A stretch of DNA of 64,000 nt, taken from assembly GCA_023129075.1 (NCBI GenBank), contig JAGMCT010000002.1, forward strand, positions 3,077 to 67,076, written 5' to 3'. This DNA is from Candidatus Micrarchaeota archaeon. Lineage in GTDB: Archaea; Micrarchaeota; Micrarchaeia; Anstonellales; Bilamarchaeaceae. Below, one piece after another: positions 55,760 to 64,000 of this stretch. Below the pieces are notes generated by a model that worked only from the letters and a program-made list of their open reading frames with translations, made no database searches and was not told the DNA's origin. The position numbers were made by a program, and so were the translations under genes. Position 1 is the stretch's first letter, and the number at the start of each line of letters is the position of its first letter.

Positions 55760-56398
55760 CTATTCTGTTTTTTGTGGCTTCTTTAATACTGTCTCCGGCA
55801 ACAATTTCCCTTCAAGCAATGGCTCCCATCCTATTTCCTTTAGCATTGGGAAGACATCATTCGTTACCCCAAAAACAATATTTTTTGTAGTTTTATCCAC
55901 GATAGCAGCAATCCTCTCAATATCTTTTTCTTTTTTGAATATACTGGAATTTACACCATTTATTGTATAATTAACCGAGTTGGGGGGGAGCAGACTGAGA
56001 AAACTCAGCACATCTCCATTTATCAGCACCATGTCCATTTTTGGAAGTTCAAGATACTTAATGAATGTTTTGTTCAGATGGATACTTACTCCAACATAAA
56101 CAGATGCCTCATTTTCCTTTGCCAGATTCATTATATTTTCCACCGAACTTCCTTTTCCGCATTCCAAGTCAACAAGCACCTGTCCTTTTAGGTGTCCGTT
56201 AAGGCAAGGAGTCCATATCCCATCTCTTTTATCCTTTGAATAAACATTGAACCCCACAGCAGAAACCGTTTTCCTGTTATAAGGTTTTGAAATACTTTTC
56301 AATATGGGTCCTTCTACAATAGGTAATTTTTTCAATCCACCCTTAGATTTTTTTATTATTGTAAACCCGGTATTTTGCAATCTCTCTGCCTTCTTCAC
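55760..56398 (-). CDS. hypothetical protein with a Rossmann / SAM-methyltransferase-like motif
   Basis: 'VLVDLECGKGSS' resembles methyltransferase motif I (hh(D/E)hGxGxG). 212 aa. Confidence 0.35.
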   Translation of the reverse strand: MKKAERLQNTGFTIIKKSKGGLKKLPIVEGPILKSISKPYNRKTVSAVGFNVYSKDKRDGIWTPCLNGHLKGQVLVDLECGKGSSVENIMNLAKENEASVYVGVSIHLNKTFIKYLELPKMDMVLINGDVLSFLSLLPPNSVNYTINGVNSSIFKKEKDIERIAAIVDKTTKNIVFGVTNDVFPMLKEIGWEPLLEGKLLPETVLKKPQKTE

Positions 56399-56400
56399 TT

Positions 56401-57564
56401 TTACATCCCCCTCATTATTGTTTCTTTGACAACATTTCTGCTTGTTAAATCCTTACCCCTTAAAGGCATATATTCTAAAAACCTTTCCTCAAGGCACTCA
56501 AGAGCAGGCACCAACAGTATTTTATTATTCTCAATGAGTGATTCATGTGCAATTCTCAGCATTTCCATAGATTCTATAAGATAATCATCCTTTGTTTCCT
56601 CAAGCTGTTCAATAAAGAAAAAGAACCTGTTTGAACCCACAAAATTCTTTGCTATTCTGAGATAATTACCTGCTTTTTTGAGGTTTTCCCCTTCAAATAT
56701 CTCCGATATTGCACTCTTTAGATACATCCTCAAATATTTATACTCCGCTGCCTGCGGCAGTCCGTTTGAAATCCCGATAAGATTCTGTTTTATTCCATTA
56801 ATTTCATATGCCATGATTTCATAACAATTTCCGTTCATGCACTTATTCATTATTTCATTTAATCTTGAGTAGGTTTCATAGGATGCAATATATTTTTTAA
56901 CAATTTCAGAATCCCTATTGTTTTTCAGATTTTTCAGCAGAACCTGTACAGTACTAAACATCAAAACATCCCGTATCCATCTTATATACTCCTCTCTTTC
57001 AGAGTTATATTTGCTCATTCCTTCTATATCCCCCAATCTTTTTCTTAATCTATTCTCAGCTGCATAAAGATGACTCTCGGCTCCGAAGATATTCTGGTTT
57101 TCTTTAAATCCTAAATAAGCAATCTCCATTTTCTCTTCGGCAAGACTCGTCTTAAGACGTGCAAGTTCCTTATAAAAAGACCGCACATCTTTGGTTTCTT
57201 GTTTAAGAAAGTTCATCACTATTTCCGTTGTTTCAGGGTTTTCCCCTACTCCTGTTTTTTTCATTGTTTGAATAAGTTTTATCAGATATTCAACATTTCC
57301 GCGTTCTTCAGCATATCCATCAACTATATGTTTGAATTTTCTTACTGCTGTCAACGGGTCGGTTTTTTCTTCTATTTTTTTCTTTGGTATTTCCTCATTT
57401 TCTGAATATTTCCTTTCCTTTGTTTCCTCCTTCATCATATTCAATTTCAATATGGATTCCTTTCTGAAATTAAACCTTAACATCCTCCCATCCTGCAGGA
57501 CGTCTATTTTGAGGTTCCTTTTATTCTTTCTTTTTTCCACTACCCCATTTCTTTTGATGAGCAT
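56401..57564 (-). CDS. hypothetical alpha-helical protein
   Basis: 387 aa. Adjacent to the methyltransferase-like gene with a 2-nt gap. Confidence 0.35.
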   Translation of the reverse strand: MLIKRNGVVEKRKNKRNLKIDVLQDGRMLRFNFRKESILKLNMMKEETKERKYSENEEIPKKKIEEKTDPLTAVRKFKHIVDGYAEERGNVEYLIKLIQTMKKTGVGENPETTEIVMNFLKQETKDVRSFYKELARLKTSLAEEKMEIAYLGFKENQNIFGAESHLYAAENRLRKRLGDIEGMSKYNSEREEYIRWIRDVLMFSTVQVLLKNLKNNRDSEIVKKYIASYETYSRLNEIMNKCMNGNCYEIMAYEINGIKQNLIGISNGLPQAAEYKYLRMYLKSAISEIFEGENLKKAGNYLRIAKNFVGSNRFFFFIEQLEETKDDYLIESMEMLRIAHESLIENNKILLVPALECLEERFLEYMPLRGKDLTSRNVVKETIMRGM

Positions 57565-57572
57565 AGGTTATA

Positions 57573-58622
57573 TTGTGTGTCAAAAGGTTAATAAATGTTA
57601 TGTTGTTTTTTCTGAATCCTGGTGGAGACCAAAAGAATTTTAAAACAAGGAATAAATACTATTGCATGAACCTTCTTTTTGCGGTAAAATTTCCATTTAT
57701 TAGCGTTGCAAAACAGATAGCCGTAGAAAGAAATATTCCAATAAATGAGCATACGCTTGAAGCAGGGGCAAAAAGAATACTCAATGCACTCAAAGGAATA
57801 GAGAAGAAGACTTCCATAGATGAAGAAGGCATGCTGATGGAGCTTGCCTCATATGCTTCAGCAAGAATACTTTTGAGTTATATGAAGAATTCCTACCTTA
57901 CAAGGAAATTCGCAGTTTCAGAGGCAAAAAGGGCCTGGAAACTGCTGTCCAGAGAAGAAGAGAGAACAATCAGGGATATTGGAAAAGAATTGGGTTTAAC
58001 ACTCGAAAAGCATCTGGAAAGGGCGGTTGTTAAGATTCCCCAATACCTTAGATACAGCCCAAAATCTGATTATTTTTTCCTTGTAAGCAGGAATGTAAAA
58101 GAAGGTTATGTGGATGTAGAAAGAAAGGGCGGACAGGATAGATTTCCCGGCGAAAGGGATTATCTAAGGCTTGTGCAGGAGGCAATAAGGGAAAGGGTTG
58201 AGGAAATCCCGAACCCGCCCCACCTTCCTTCTCTTGAAATCTATGCAAAGAAGATTATGACTCAGCTTCCAAAAACCGAGTTTCCGCAGATAAAGATTAA
58301 GAAGGGAAATAATCCTCCTTGTATGGAGGTAATCTGGGATGACATATTGAAACACAAGAATCTTTCGCATAATCCAAGGTGGATTTTTGCGGTCTACCTT
58401 ATAAAAACAGGCACTCCTATTGATAAGGTTGTTTCACTTTACTCTAATCTCCCGGATTTTGAGGAAAAGAAAACAAGATATCAGCTTGAGCACATAAAGA
58501 AAAGAGGTTATTCTGTGCCTTCATGCCAGACCATAATGAGTTATGGCTTGTGCGTTGCAAACTGCAGGATAAAGAGTCCTATGGGGTGGTTTAGGAAATG
58601 GAAGAAGCAGGAAAAAAAATAG
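57573..58622 (+). CDS. priL: DNA primase large subunit PriL
   Basis: C-terminal Fe-S domain with 'NPPCMEV' (PPCM motif) and 'CQTIMSYGLCVANC'. It overlaps priS. The true start is probably the internal M (MNLLFAV). Confidence 0.75.
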   Translation: MCVKRLINVMLFFLNPGGDQKNFKTRNKYYCMNLLFAVKFPFISVAKQIAVERNIPINEHTLEAGAKRILNALKGIEKKTSIDEEGMLMELASYASARILLSYMKNSYLTRKFAVSEAKRAWKLLSREEERTIRDIGKELGLTLEKHLERAVVKIPQYLRYSPKSDYFFLVSRNVKEGYVDVERKGGQDRFPGERDYLRLVQEAIRERVEEIPNPPHLPSLEIYAKKIMTQLPKTEFPQIKIKKGNNPPCMEVIWDDILKHKNLSHNPRWIFAVYLIKTGTPIDKVVSLYSNLPDFEEKKTRYQLEHIKKRGYSVPSCQTIMSYGLCVANCRIKSPMGWFRKWKKQEKK

Positions 58623-59668
58623 TTCTTGAGCTTTTCAGGAAGTTTTACGAAAAGAATAAACCCACGCTTAAAGATATTGAAAGGAGAGAGTTTGGAGTCG
58701 GTTCTTTCAGAAAGAAAATAGAATCAAGACATCTTTCCTTTACCCAGGAGAGCCTGTGGAACTACCTTGTTCAGGACATACCATTGTTCATTTCTTATTC
58801 TGCTGCATACTATGAGTTTCCTGATGCCACTCCAATGGAAAGAAAGGTCTGGAAAGGCGCGGATTTAATCTTTGACCTTGATGTTCACGGAGGCCTTTTT
58901 CTTACTCCAGAAGAATGGCAGGGTGTAAAGGATGATGCAATCCGTTTGATTGAGGATTTTCTTATCCTGGAATTCGGTATTGACAGAGATGAAATCTCCC
59001 TGGTTTTTTCCGGCAATAGAGGATACCACATCCATGTTTACAACAAGGATTATTTTGGTTTAAGAGGAGAAGAAAGAAGGGAAATAGCAAATTATGTATC
59101 CGGAAACGGCCTTAATTACAGGGATTTTTTTAGGAAAGAAGGAAAAAAGCTAAGAGGTCCGGACCAAAATGACTGGGGATATAAGGGGCGGTTTTACAGG
59201 ATGGTCAAAGAAACCATAGAAAAAAATCCCCGTGTCATCAGTATAAAATACAGGAAGGAAAAGGAAAAAGAAATTTTTCTGAATAAGATAAAAAAAGGGA
59301 TATGGACCACCTCTCTAAGCGGGTTTATTGACAGGTTGGAGCCGATTGCAGAAAAGATAAAATTGAAAACAATAAATACTGACACTGGAGTTACTATGGA
59401 TACAAAAAGACTTATAAGACTGCCAGGCAGTCTGCACGGAGGAACAGCACTGGTTGCCGGAAGGATAAAGAATATAGATTCCTTTGAACCTTATAGGGAT
59501 GCGGTTGCTTTTGGTTCTTCCCCAATAAAAATAGAAACCCTAAAGCAAATTCCTGAAGCAGAATTTCTAAACCAAACAATGGAAAAGATAGAAAAGGGAA
59601 AAACAAAACAGGTTCCCCTATCCTATGGCATTTATCTTTTCCTGAAAGGATCTGCAGAATTAAGGTAG
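58598..59668 (+). CDS. priS: DNA primase small (catalytic) subunit PriS
   Basis: 'ADLIFDLDV' (the catalytic DxD) and 'RLPGSLHG' motifs. 356 aa. Confidence 0.8.
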   Translation: MEEAGKKIVLELFRKFYEKNKPTLKDIERREFGVGSFRKKIESRHLSFTQESLWNYLVQDIPLFISYSAAYYEFPDATPMERKVWKGADLIFDLDVHGGLFLTPEEWQGVKDDAIRLIEDFLILEFGIDRDEISLVFSGNRGYHIHVYNKDYFGLRGEERREIANYVSGNGLNYRDFFRKEGKKLRGPDQNDWGYKGRFYRMVKETIEKNPRVISIKYRKEKEKEIFLNKIKKGIWTTSLSGFIDRLEPIAEKIKLKTINTDTGVTMDTKRLIRLPGSLHGGTALVAGRIKNIDSFEPYRDAVAFGSSPIKIETLKQIPEAEFLNQTMEKIEKGKTKQVPLSYGIYLFLKGSAELR

Positions 59669-59669
59669 A

Positions 59670-60047
59670 TTATTCTTCTTTATACCTTATTCTTGGAAGC
59701 ATTATTGGGGGCAGTGTATTAAGCACTGTAGCAATAACCGTGCTTTTTGCACTTCCGCTGTGATTTATTACATTCGCTACATGCTCCATATAATCCTTTG
59801 GCAGTTTCTTGTTTGCTTCCCATTCTTTTTTTATCGGCTCCATCTTTTCTTCTTCACCATAGAGCACTCCTTCAACGCCCAATGTTCCGAATTCTTCGCC
59901 GTATTTCACTATATATTTATAGTATATCCTTATTTTCTTGTCCTCTATCTCTACATTATCTACTTTTATAGAGACATCAAAGGAATTGCTTCCTCCCTCT
60001 TCTTTTCTCTCTCCAGAGACTTTCAATATTCTTCCTCCTGTTATCAT
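59670..60047 (-). CDS. hypothetical protein
   Basis: 125 aa. Its start overlaps the stop of the upstream gene (ATGA). Confidence 0.3.
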   Translation of the reverse strand: MITGGRILKVSGERKEEGGSNSFDVSIKVDNVEIEDKKIRIYYKYIVKYGEEFGTLGVEGVLYGEEEKMEPIKKEWEANKKLPKDYMEHVANVINHSGSAKSTVIATVLNTLPPIMLPRIRYKEE

Positions 60048-61444
60048 TCTTCCACCTCTTCAAAACTTTTCATACATTCTTCATATTCTATTGTTGGTTT
60101 CCACATACATGCTCCTTCAACACATCCGCATGATGTTAACCTGAGGCACTGGTATTCCTCCTTGTATTCGCATGTTGTTGTTAATTGTTCAGATGCACAA
60201 ATCTCATTTGAACACCCGCTCACAATACATTCTGAGTCAGAGGTGCATTCCACTTCTTCTTCTGTAGAAGGCTCTTCCTCTTCCTCAATTTCCTCTATTC
60301 CATTTTCTGCACTCTCTTCTTCTATTGTTTCATTTTCCATACTCTCATTGAATAAGCCTTTACATTCTTCAAAAATGCTCTGATTTATTATATGGTCGCA
60401 GTATTCCATATTCTCAAATGAATAAGCAAATTCTTGATAGCACAAATCTCTATTTTCCAAACCAAGAAGTTCGCAGTATTCTGCATTTTCCATTTTAAGC
60501 GCGGTTATTACTATACATGTATCTCTTTTTTCTTCTGCGTATTCACATATTCTTATTACATTTTTATCCTTTGCCAGAGACATAATGCAAAGTTCTGATT
60601 GATTTTGTTTCATACAATTCAGCAGTTTATTAAACACATCATTACCATCATAAAACAATCCTTCAACCTTTTCTTCTTCACAAAGTTCAGAAATTTCAGG
60701 CATCTCCATAGCTTCCTTTGAGAGCAGGAGCACCTCTCCTTCAGATGAGCGCGGGATACCCAGATCCACATAGTTCATTTTCTGTTTCATGGTGAAGTTT
60801 GTTTCAGGGTTTATCCACAAGGTGTAATTGTATTCCTTGGCCCTGAGGATTACAGGGTCTTTTGGGCTTATTCCTATCTCCCTGAGTTTTTCTATAGAAA
60901 GTTTTGAATAGTCTAGGGTGTACCTAAGTACATTATAGGCTCCTTCTTTTTCAACCCCATGGAAAACTATTGCTCCTCCCTCTATAAGAATTTCATTATT
61001 CTCAACCAGTTGATTTATTTTTTGGTTTGAGAAAAACTTGTTGCTTATTTGGTAAGCTATTGGATAAAAGGTTGAGTTCTGGCTTATGTTCGCACAATTT
61101 TTTTCTTCCTTGTAATCCATACATACTATTATTTCATTTTCTTTGTAATATATTTCACTTGAGTAAACAGGTCCATCCTCTTTGAAATATTTTTCACTTT
61201 CATTTCTTATATAAGTGTCTATAAGTTCAAGTTTGCCGTCTTCAGAGGTTTGCCTGTGCACATAGGTGTAATCCTCGTAACCAAAAGAGGCCTTTATCGT
61301 GCTCATAAAAAGTTCTTCTGCTTCAGTTTCATCCTCGTGGTGGCCTACACCACCCATGCTTTCGGCAAACATGTATACCCCGATAGCAACAAGTGCAACA
61401 ACACCTAAAGATAAAAAAGTATAAAATAAATTCTCCATTTTCAT
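60044..61444 (-). CDS. membrane-anchored secreted protein with a C-terminal Cys-rich module
   Basis: N-terminal TM (FYTFLSLGVVALVAIGVYMF). The C-terminal module is 'ECTSDSECIVSGCSNEICAS...YQCLRLTSCGCVEGACMW'. Confidence 0.5.
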   Translation of the reverse strand: MKMENLFYTFLSLGVVALVAIGVYMFAESMGGVGHHEDETEAEELFMSTIKASFGYEDYTYVHRQTSEDGKLELIDTYIRNESEKYFKEDGPVYSSEIYYKENEIIVCMDYKEEKNCANISQNSTFYPIAYQISNKFFSNQKINQLVENNEILIEGGAIVFHGVEKEGAYNVLRYTLDYSKLSIEKLREIGISPKDPVILRAKEYNYTLWINPETNFTMKQKMNYVDLGIPRSSEGEVLLLSKEAMEMPEISELCEEEKVEGLFYDGNDVFNKLLNCMKQNQSELCIMSLAKDKNVIRICEYAEEKRDTCIVITALKMENAEYCELLGLENRDLCYQEFAYSFENMEYCDHIINQSIFEECKGLFNESMENETIEEESAENGIEEIEEEEEPSTEEEVECTSDSECIVSGCSNEICASEQLTTTCEYKEEYQCLRLTSCGCVEGACMWKPTIEYEECMKSFEEVEE

Positions 61445-61494
61445 TAGCTCACCTAAAACTACCCAGATTATACACCTAATATTTTAAAACCTTT

Positions 61495-62631
61495 TCAAGC
61501 GTTTGCCAGTATCTTTACAATATCTCCATCCTTCAATTTTGTTTCTTTTCCTATTTTCCTCTTTGTCCTCCCATCAACCGCCCCTATGAAATTCTTTGCA
61601 AAATCAGTATGTATTCTTTCTGCAACATCCAAAGGCGTGCTTCTTTTATCCATTAGAAATACATTTGGGAGAACATTCCCCTTTTTATCGCTCCATTTAT
61701 TCTCATCTTCAACAGGATAGACAGCCATCTGCCCAAGCATTCCGAAAACCATCTTTTCCAAAATTTTCTGAGCTCCGGTCCCTTTATTTTTCTTTATAAA
61801 TTCCACAATCCGTTCAAGCGCCTTTTTCTGCTCTTCATTCCCGCCTTTAATCTCAATTCTTTCATCCCCTGGAAGGTATTCTATTATCCCGTTTTCAGCG
61901 GCCTTCCTTAAACTTAATTCGTAAAGAGCCGACACCTCAATAAAAGGAACATCCAGTTTCCATTCCTGCGGTTTTCTGTCAGATTTATTTACTGCTACCA
62001 GCATCGGCTTTGCCTTTCTCAACTCTGTTGCAAACCTCAGTCTCTCTTCTTCACTCCACTCTATTCTTTTTTCACTCAATTCAGTTTTCCTGATAATCTC
62101 ATTTACCTTTTCAGGAGCTATTTTAAGGCTTGAAGTTATCCCGTAAACTTCTTCCAAATCCCTCCCCTTTATCTTCTTCCAGTTTCTTTCTATTATACTG
62201 TAAATCCACATATCCAATTCGGTAAGCAGAAATTCAACCTCCTCTTCCGGAGAGGACTTCCCTGGATTCCCTTCCAAGTCTGTGCTCCCGCTTCCGTCCA
62301 CAATATGTATAAATCCGTCTGCGGTGCTCAAATCATCAAGAAATTTATGTCCAAGCCCCTTTCCTTTATGCGCCTCAGGAACCAGACCTGCAACATCAAG
62401 CAGTTGGATAGGAATAAACCTTGTTCCATTTTTGCAGAATGAATCCTTTGGTCTGCATTCCTTTCCCAGTTCCTTGTGCGGACAGGGTTTTCTTACATAA
62501 GCAACCCCCTTATTCGGTTCTATCGTTGTAAATGGAAACGAGGCAATCTTTGCATCAATAGAAGTCAGTGCAGAGAAAAACGTGCTTTTCCCTGCATTGG
62601 GTTTTCCTATAATCCCTATCAAAAAACTCAT
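61495..62631 (-). CDS. Obg-family GTPase (YchF/Ygr210-like) with a TGS-like C-terminus
   Basis: G1 'IIGKPNAGKSTFFSALT', 'FPFTTIEPN', 'DVAGLV'. C-terminal 'GDIVKI'. Confidence 0.7.
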   Translation of the reverse strand: MSFLIGIIGKPNAGKSTFFSALTSIDAKIASFPFTTIEPNKGVAYVRKPCPHKELGKECRPKDSFCKNGTRFIPIQLLDVAGLVPEAHKGKGLGHKFLDDLSTADGFIHIVDGSGSTDLEGNPGKSSPEEEVEFLLTELDMWIYSIIERNWKKIKGRDLEEVYGITSSLKIAPEKVNEIIRKTELSEKRIEWSEEERLRFATELRKAKPMLVAVNKSDRKPQEWKLDVPFIEVSALYELSLRKAAENGIIEYLPGDERIEIKGGNEEQKKALERIVEFIKKNKGTGAQKILEKMVFGMLGQMAVYPVEDENKWSDKKGNVLPNVFLMDKRSTPLDVAERIHTDFAKNFIGAVDGRTKRKIGKETKLKDGDIVKILANA

Positions 62632-62632
62632 T

Positions 62633-63112
62633 TTATCCTCTTGTGATAATCTTCATCAGCCTTTCAGTCAGTAGATATGCTCCATCAAACAGCACAATAA
62701 ATAGCATATAACCCCAAGTCCAGGTTACGAAGCTGATGACAATAGCCCCTATCTTTACAAACGGCCTGTATCGGTTGAAGTTCCATTCCACTTCATCTCC
62801 AACCGCAAGAACTGTGAATATAAAGAGATAAAGCATGTCAACCTGCGGAACCCCCAATAATATTGCCCCTAGCAAAATAATTACTGCTGCGACCCGGTGT
62901 GCAGTAGTGTCTATCTTTCCAGCCAGGAAAACTCCAAGGAAGATACCCAGCATGATTGTTGTAAAAGGGGAATACGCAACCAGGTATGCACCTATTATTC
63001 CATAAGCAATAGCAAACAGATACTTAAGGTTTCCTTTTCCGCCCAGCTTGTCTTCTATCTCATCTGTAATCTTTACTAGTGCACCCATCAGCGCTGTTAG
63101 GATATATATCAT
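62633..63112 (-). CDS. integral membrane protein, hypothetical
   Basis: 159 aa with 4-5 predicted TM helices. Confidence 0.4.
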   Translation of the reverse strand: MIYILTALMGALVKITDEIEDKLGGKGNLKYLFAIAYGIIGAYLVAYSPFTTIMLGIFLGVFLAGKIDTTAHRVAAVIILLGAILLGVPQVDMLYLFIFTVLAVGDEVEWNFNRYRPFVKIGAIVISFVTWTWGYMLFIVLFDGAYLLTERLMKIITRG

Positions 63113-63122
63113 ATGTATTCAC

Positions 63123-64000
63123 CTATAAAGAATAGTATATTAAAGGAAGAACCGTTGTTGCTTCACCATGCACAGTAGCGCACCTTGCTCCTTTTTTTAT
63201 TTTTCCCCAGCTCACTGCTTCTTTTGCATGCGCCCCGCTCAGACTTCCATCCCATGAGCTTGCAGTTGTCAGGTAAACCGCATAATCCATTCCATCTCTT
63301 AGCAGATTCACACCTATTGTATGGTGTTTGGAGATTCCACCCCCTATAATTATTCCGCCTGTTTTCTTTGCATTAAGAACAATCTCAGCAAGATTTTTCA
63401 TGTCCTTTGTTACATCTATTCCAAAATCCTCCTTCATCTGCTTAAAGAAGTATGTCTGCAGTCCTATTGCCGAATCCGTTATCCCCGGGGAGAACACAGG
63501 AATCTCCCCTTTATATGCCTGGTAAAGGAATGAATTCTCATCTTTTATTCTTTTTCCTATCTCCTTTGCAATATCCGAGGGCGCCACCACAGGCCCCTCT
63601 TCCTCCAATGCTGTAAATACCTCCTTCATTTTCTTTTCAAGAAACATATACCTGTCATTTGGGATAAGCACATTTCCAAGCCTGTTGAACCCCTTTCCGC
63701 GTAGTTTTTCATCATCCTCATCAAAAGATGAGATAAAATAATTTTTCTCCGTTCTTATAAAATCATGGTCCAGGCTTCCCCCGGTTGTAATTATAACATC
63801 TACATATCCTTTTTTTACCATCCCTGCAATTATGCTTCTCAATCCGGTCGCTATTATGTTGGAAGTAAATGAGAGAAAAATTGTTGCATTCTCCTGCTTC
63901 ATTCTTTTTATCAGTTCAATTGCTTCCTTTATATGGGTTGCCTGAAACCCGGTACTCCCCATGTTCTCTGTGAGTTCTCTTATTGATTCGCATTCCTGAG
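63123..64000 (-). CDS. dys: deoxyhypusine synthase (5' end beyond window)
   Basis: 'VDVIITTGGSLDHD', 'IPVFSPGITDSAIG', 'GGGISKHH' and 'DYAVYLTTASSWDGSLSGAHAKEAVSWGKI' match DHS. The frame stays open upstream of the annotated M to the window edge. Confidence 0.85.
   Translation of the reverse strand, partial: QECESIRELTENMGSTGFQATHIKEAIELIKRMKQENATIFLSFTSNIIATGLRSIIAGMVKKGYVDVIITTGGSLDHDFIRTEKNYFISSFDEDDEKLRGKGFNRLGNVLIPNDRYMFLEKKMKEVFTALEEEGPVVAPSDIAKEIGKRIKDENSFLYQAYKGEIPVFSPGITDSAIGLQTYFFKQMKEDFGIDVTKDMKNLAEIVLNAKKTGGIIIGGGISKHHTIGVNLLRDGMDYAVYLTTASSWDGSLSGAHAKEAVSWGKIKKGARCATVHGEATTVLPLIYYSL

Noticed and set aside
1-64000. CRISPR arrays and rRNA genes
   Set aside because: No regularly spaced 25-40-nt direct repeats with unique spacers were seen. 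The only tandem repeats are coding (the KKKTV repeat, the peptidase repeats and the rep C-terminus). No rRNA-like conserved stretches were seen.

Overview
This 64-kb window comes from an AT-rich archaeal chromosome. It carries RadA with an N-terminal HhH, RFC small subunit, PriL/PriS primase, archaeal-type AlaRS, Elp3, Pelota, DRG, deoxyhypusine synthase, geranylgeranyl reductase and an archaetidylinositol-phosphate-synthase-like gene. The gene content, namely many Cys-rich secreted proteins and lipoproteins, small genes and short intergenic regions, is compatible with a DPANN-like lineage. That placement is inference only.

Housekeeping blocks:
- A thioredoxin-CcdA fusion, an MBL hydrolase, AlaX, a ferredoxin and geranylgeranyl reductase.
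- A DHH (RecJ/GAN-like) gene next to RadA.
- A KaiC-like ATPase, an acylphosphatase, an ACT protein and Dus.
- DRG and Elp3.
- A GT2 glycosyltransferase, a PRC-barrel protein, RNase HII, a CDP-alcohol phosphatidyltransferase and MIPS, which together form an inositol-lipid cluster.
- A DtxR-FeoA-FeoA-FeoB operon.
- Pelota, an ATPase-less secreted Lon (S16) domain protein, a NFACT-R protein, a TtuA/NcsA-like gene, RFC, AlaRS, PriL-PriS, an Obg-like GTPase and a partial DHS at the window end.
- Two tRNAs: Asp-GTC at 7944-8015 and Thr-CGT at 23091-23162, both on the minus strand.

Accessory content worth a second look:
1. A roughly 5.3-kb integrated plasmid- or provirus-like element lies beside tRNA-Asp. 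It has a tyrosine integrase with a C-terminal zinc ribbon, a P-loop replication protein, an unannotated RHH/CopG-like small ORF, an HTH protein, a coiled-coil protein and iteron-like repeats.
2. A surface-protein island sits at 16.1-23.1 kb, directly 3' of tRNA-Thr.
   - It encodes a gingipain-like (C25) cysteine peptidase, a Cys-rich surface protein, a beta-helix surface protein and paralogous secreted proteins.
   - The structured proteins share a basic leader with an 'FKKALL...GCGD' motif and, in two cases, a C-terminal anchor.
   - A 97%-identical direct repeat of about 172 bp duplicates the promoter and signal-peptide region of one gene and flanks the peptidase gene.
3. An orphan FlaI/VirB11-class secretion ATPase has an unusually long N-terminal region.
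4. A (KKKTV)n repeat protein is encoded by near-perfect 15-nt tandem repeats.
5. A Cys-rich module, ECTxDxEC...YQC...CVEGxC, recurs in unrelated surface proteins.

No CRISPR array and no rRNA were seen.
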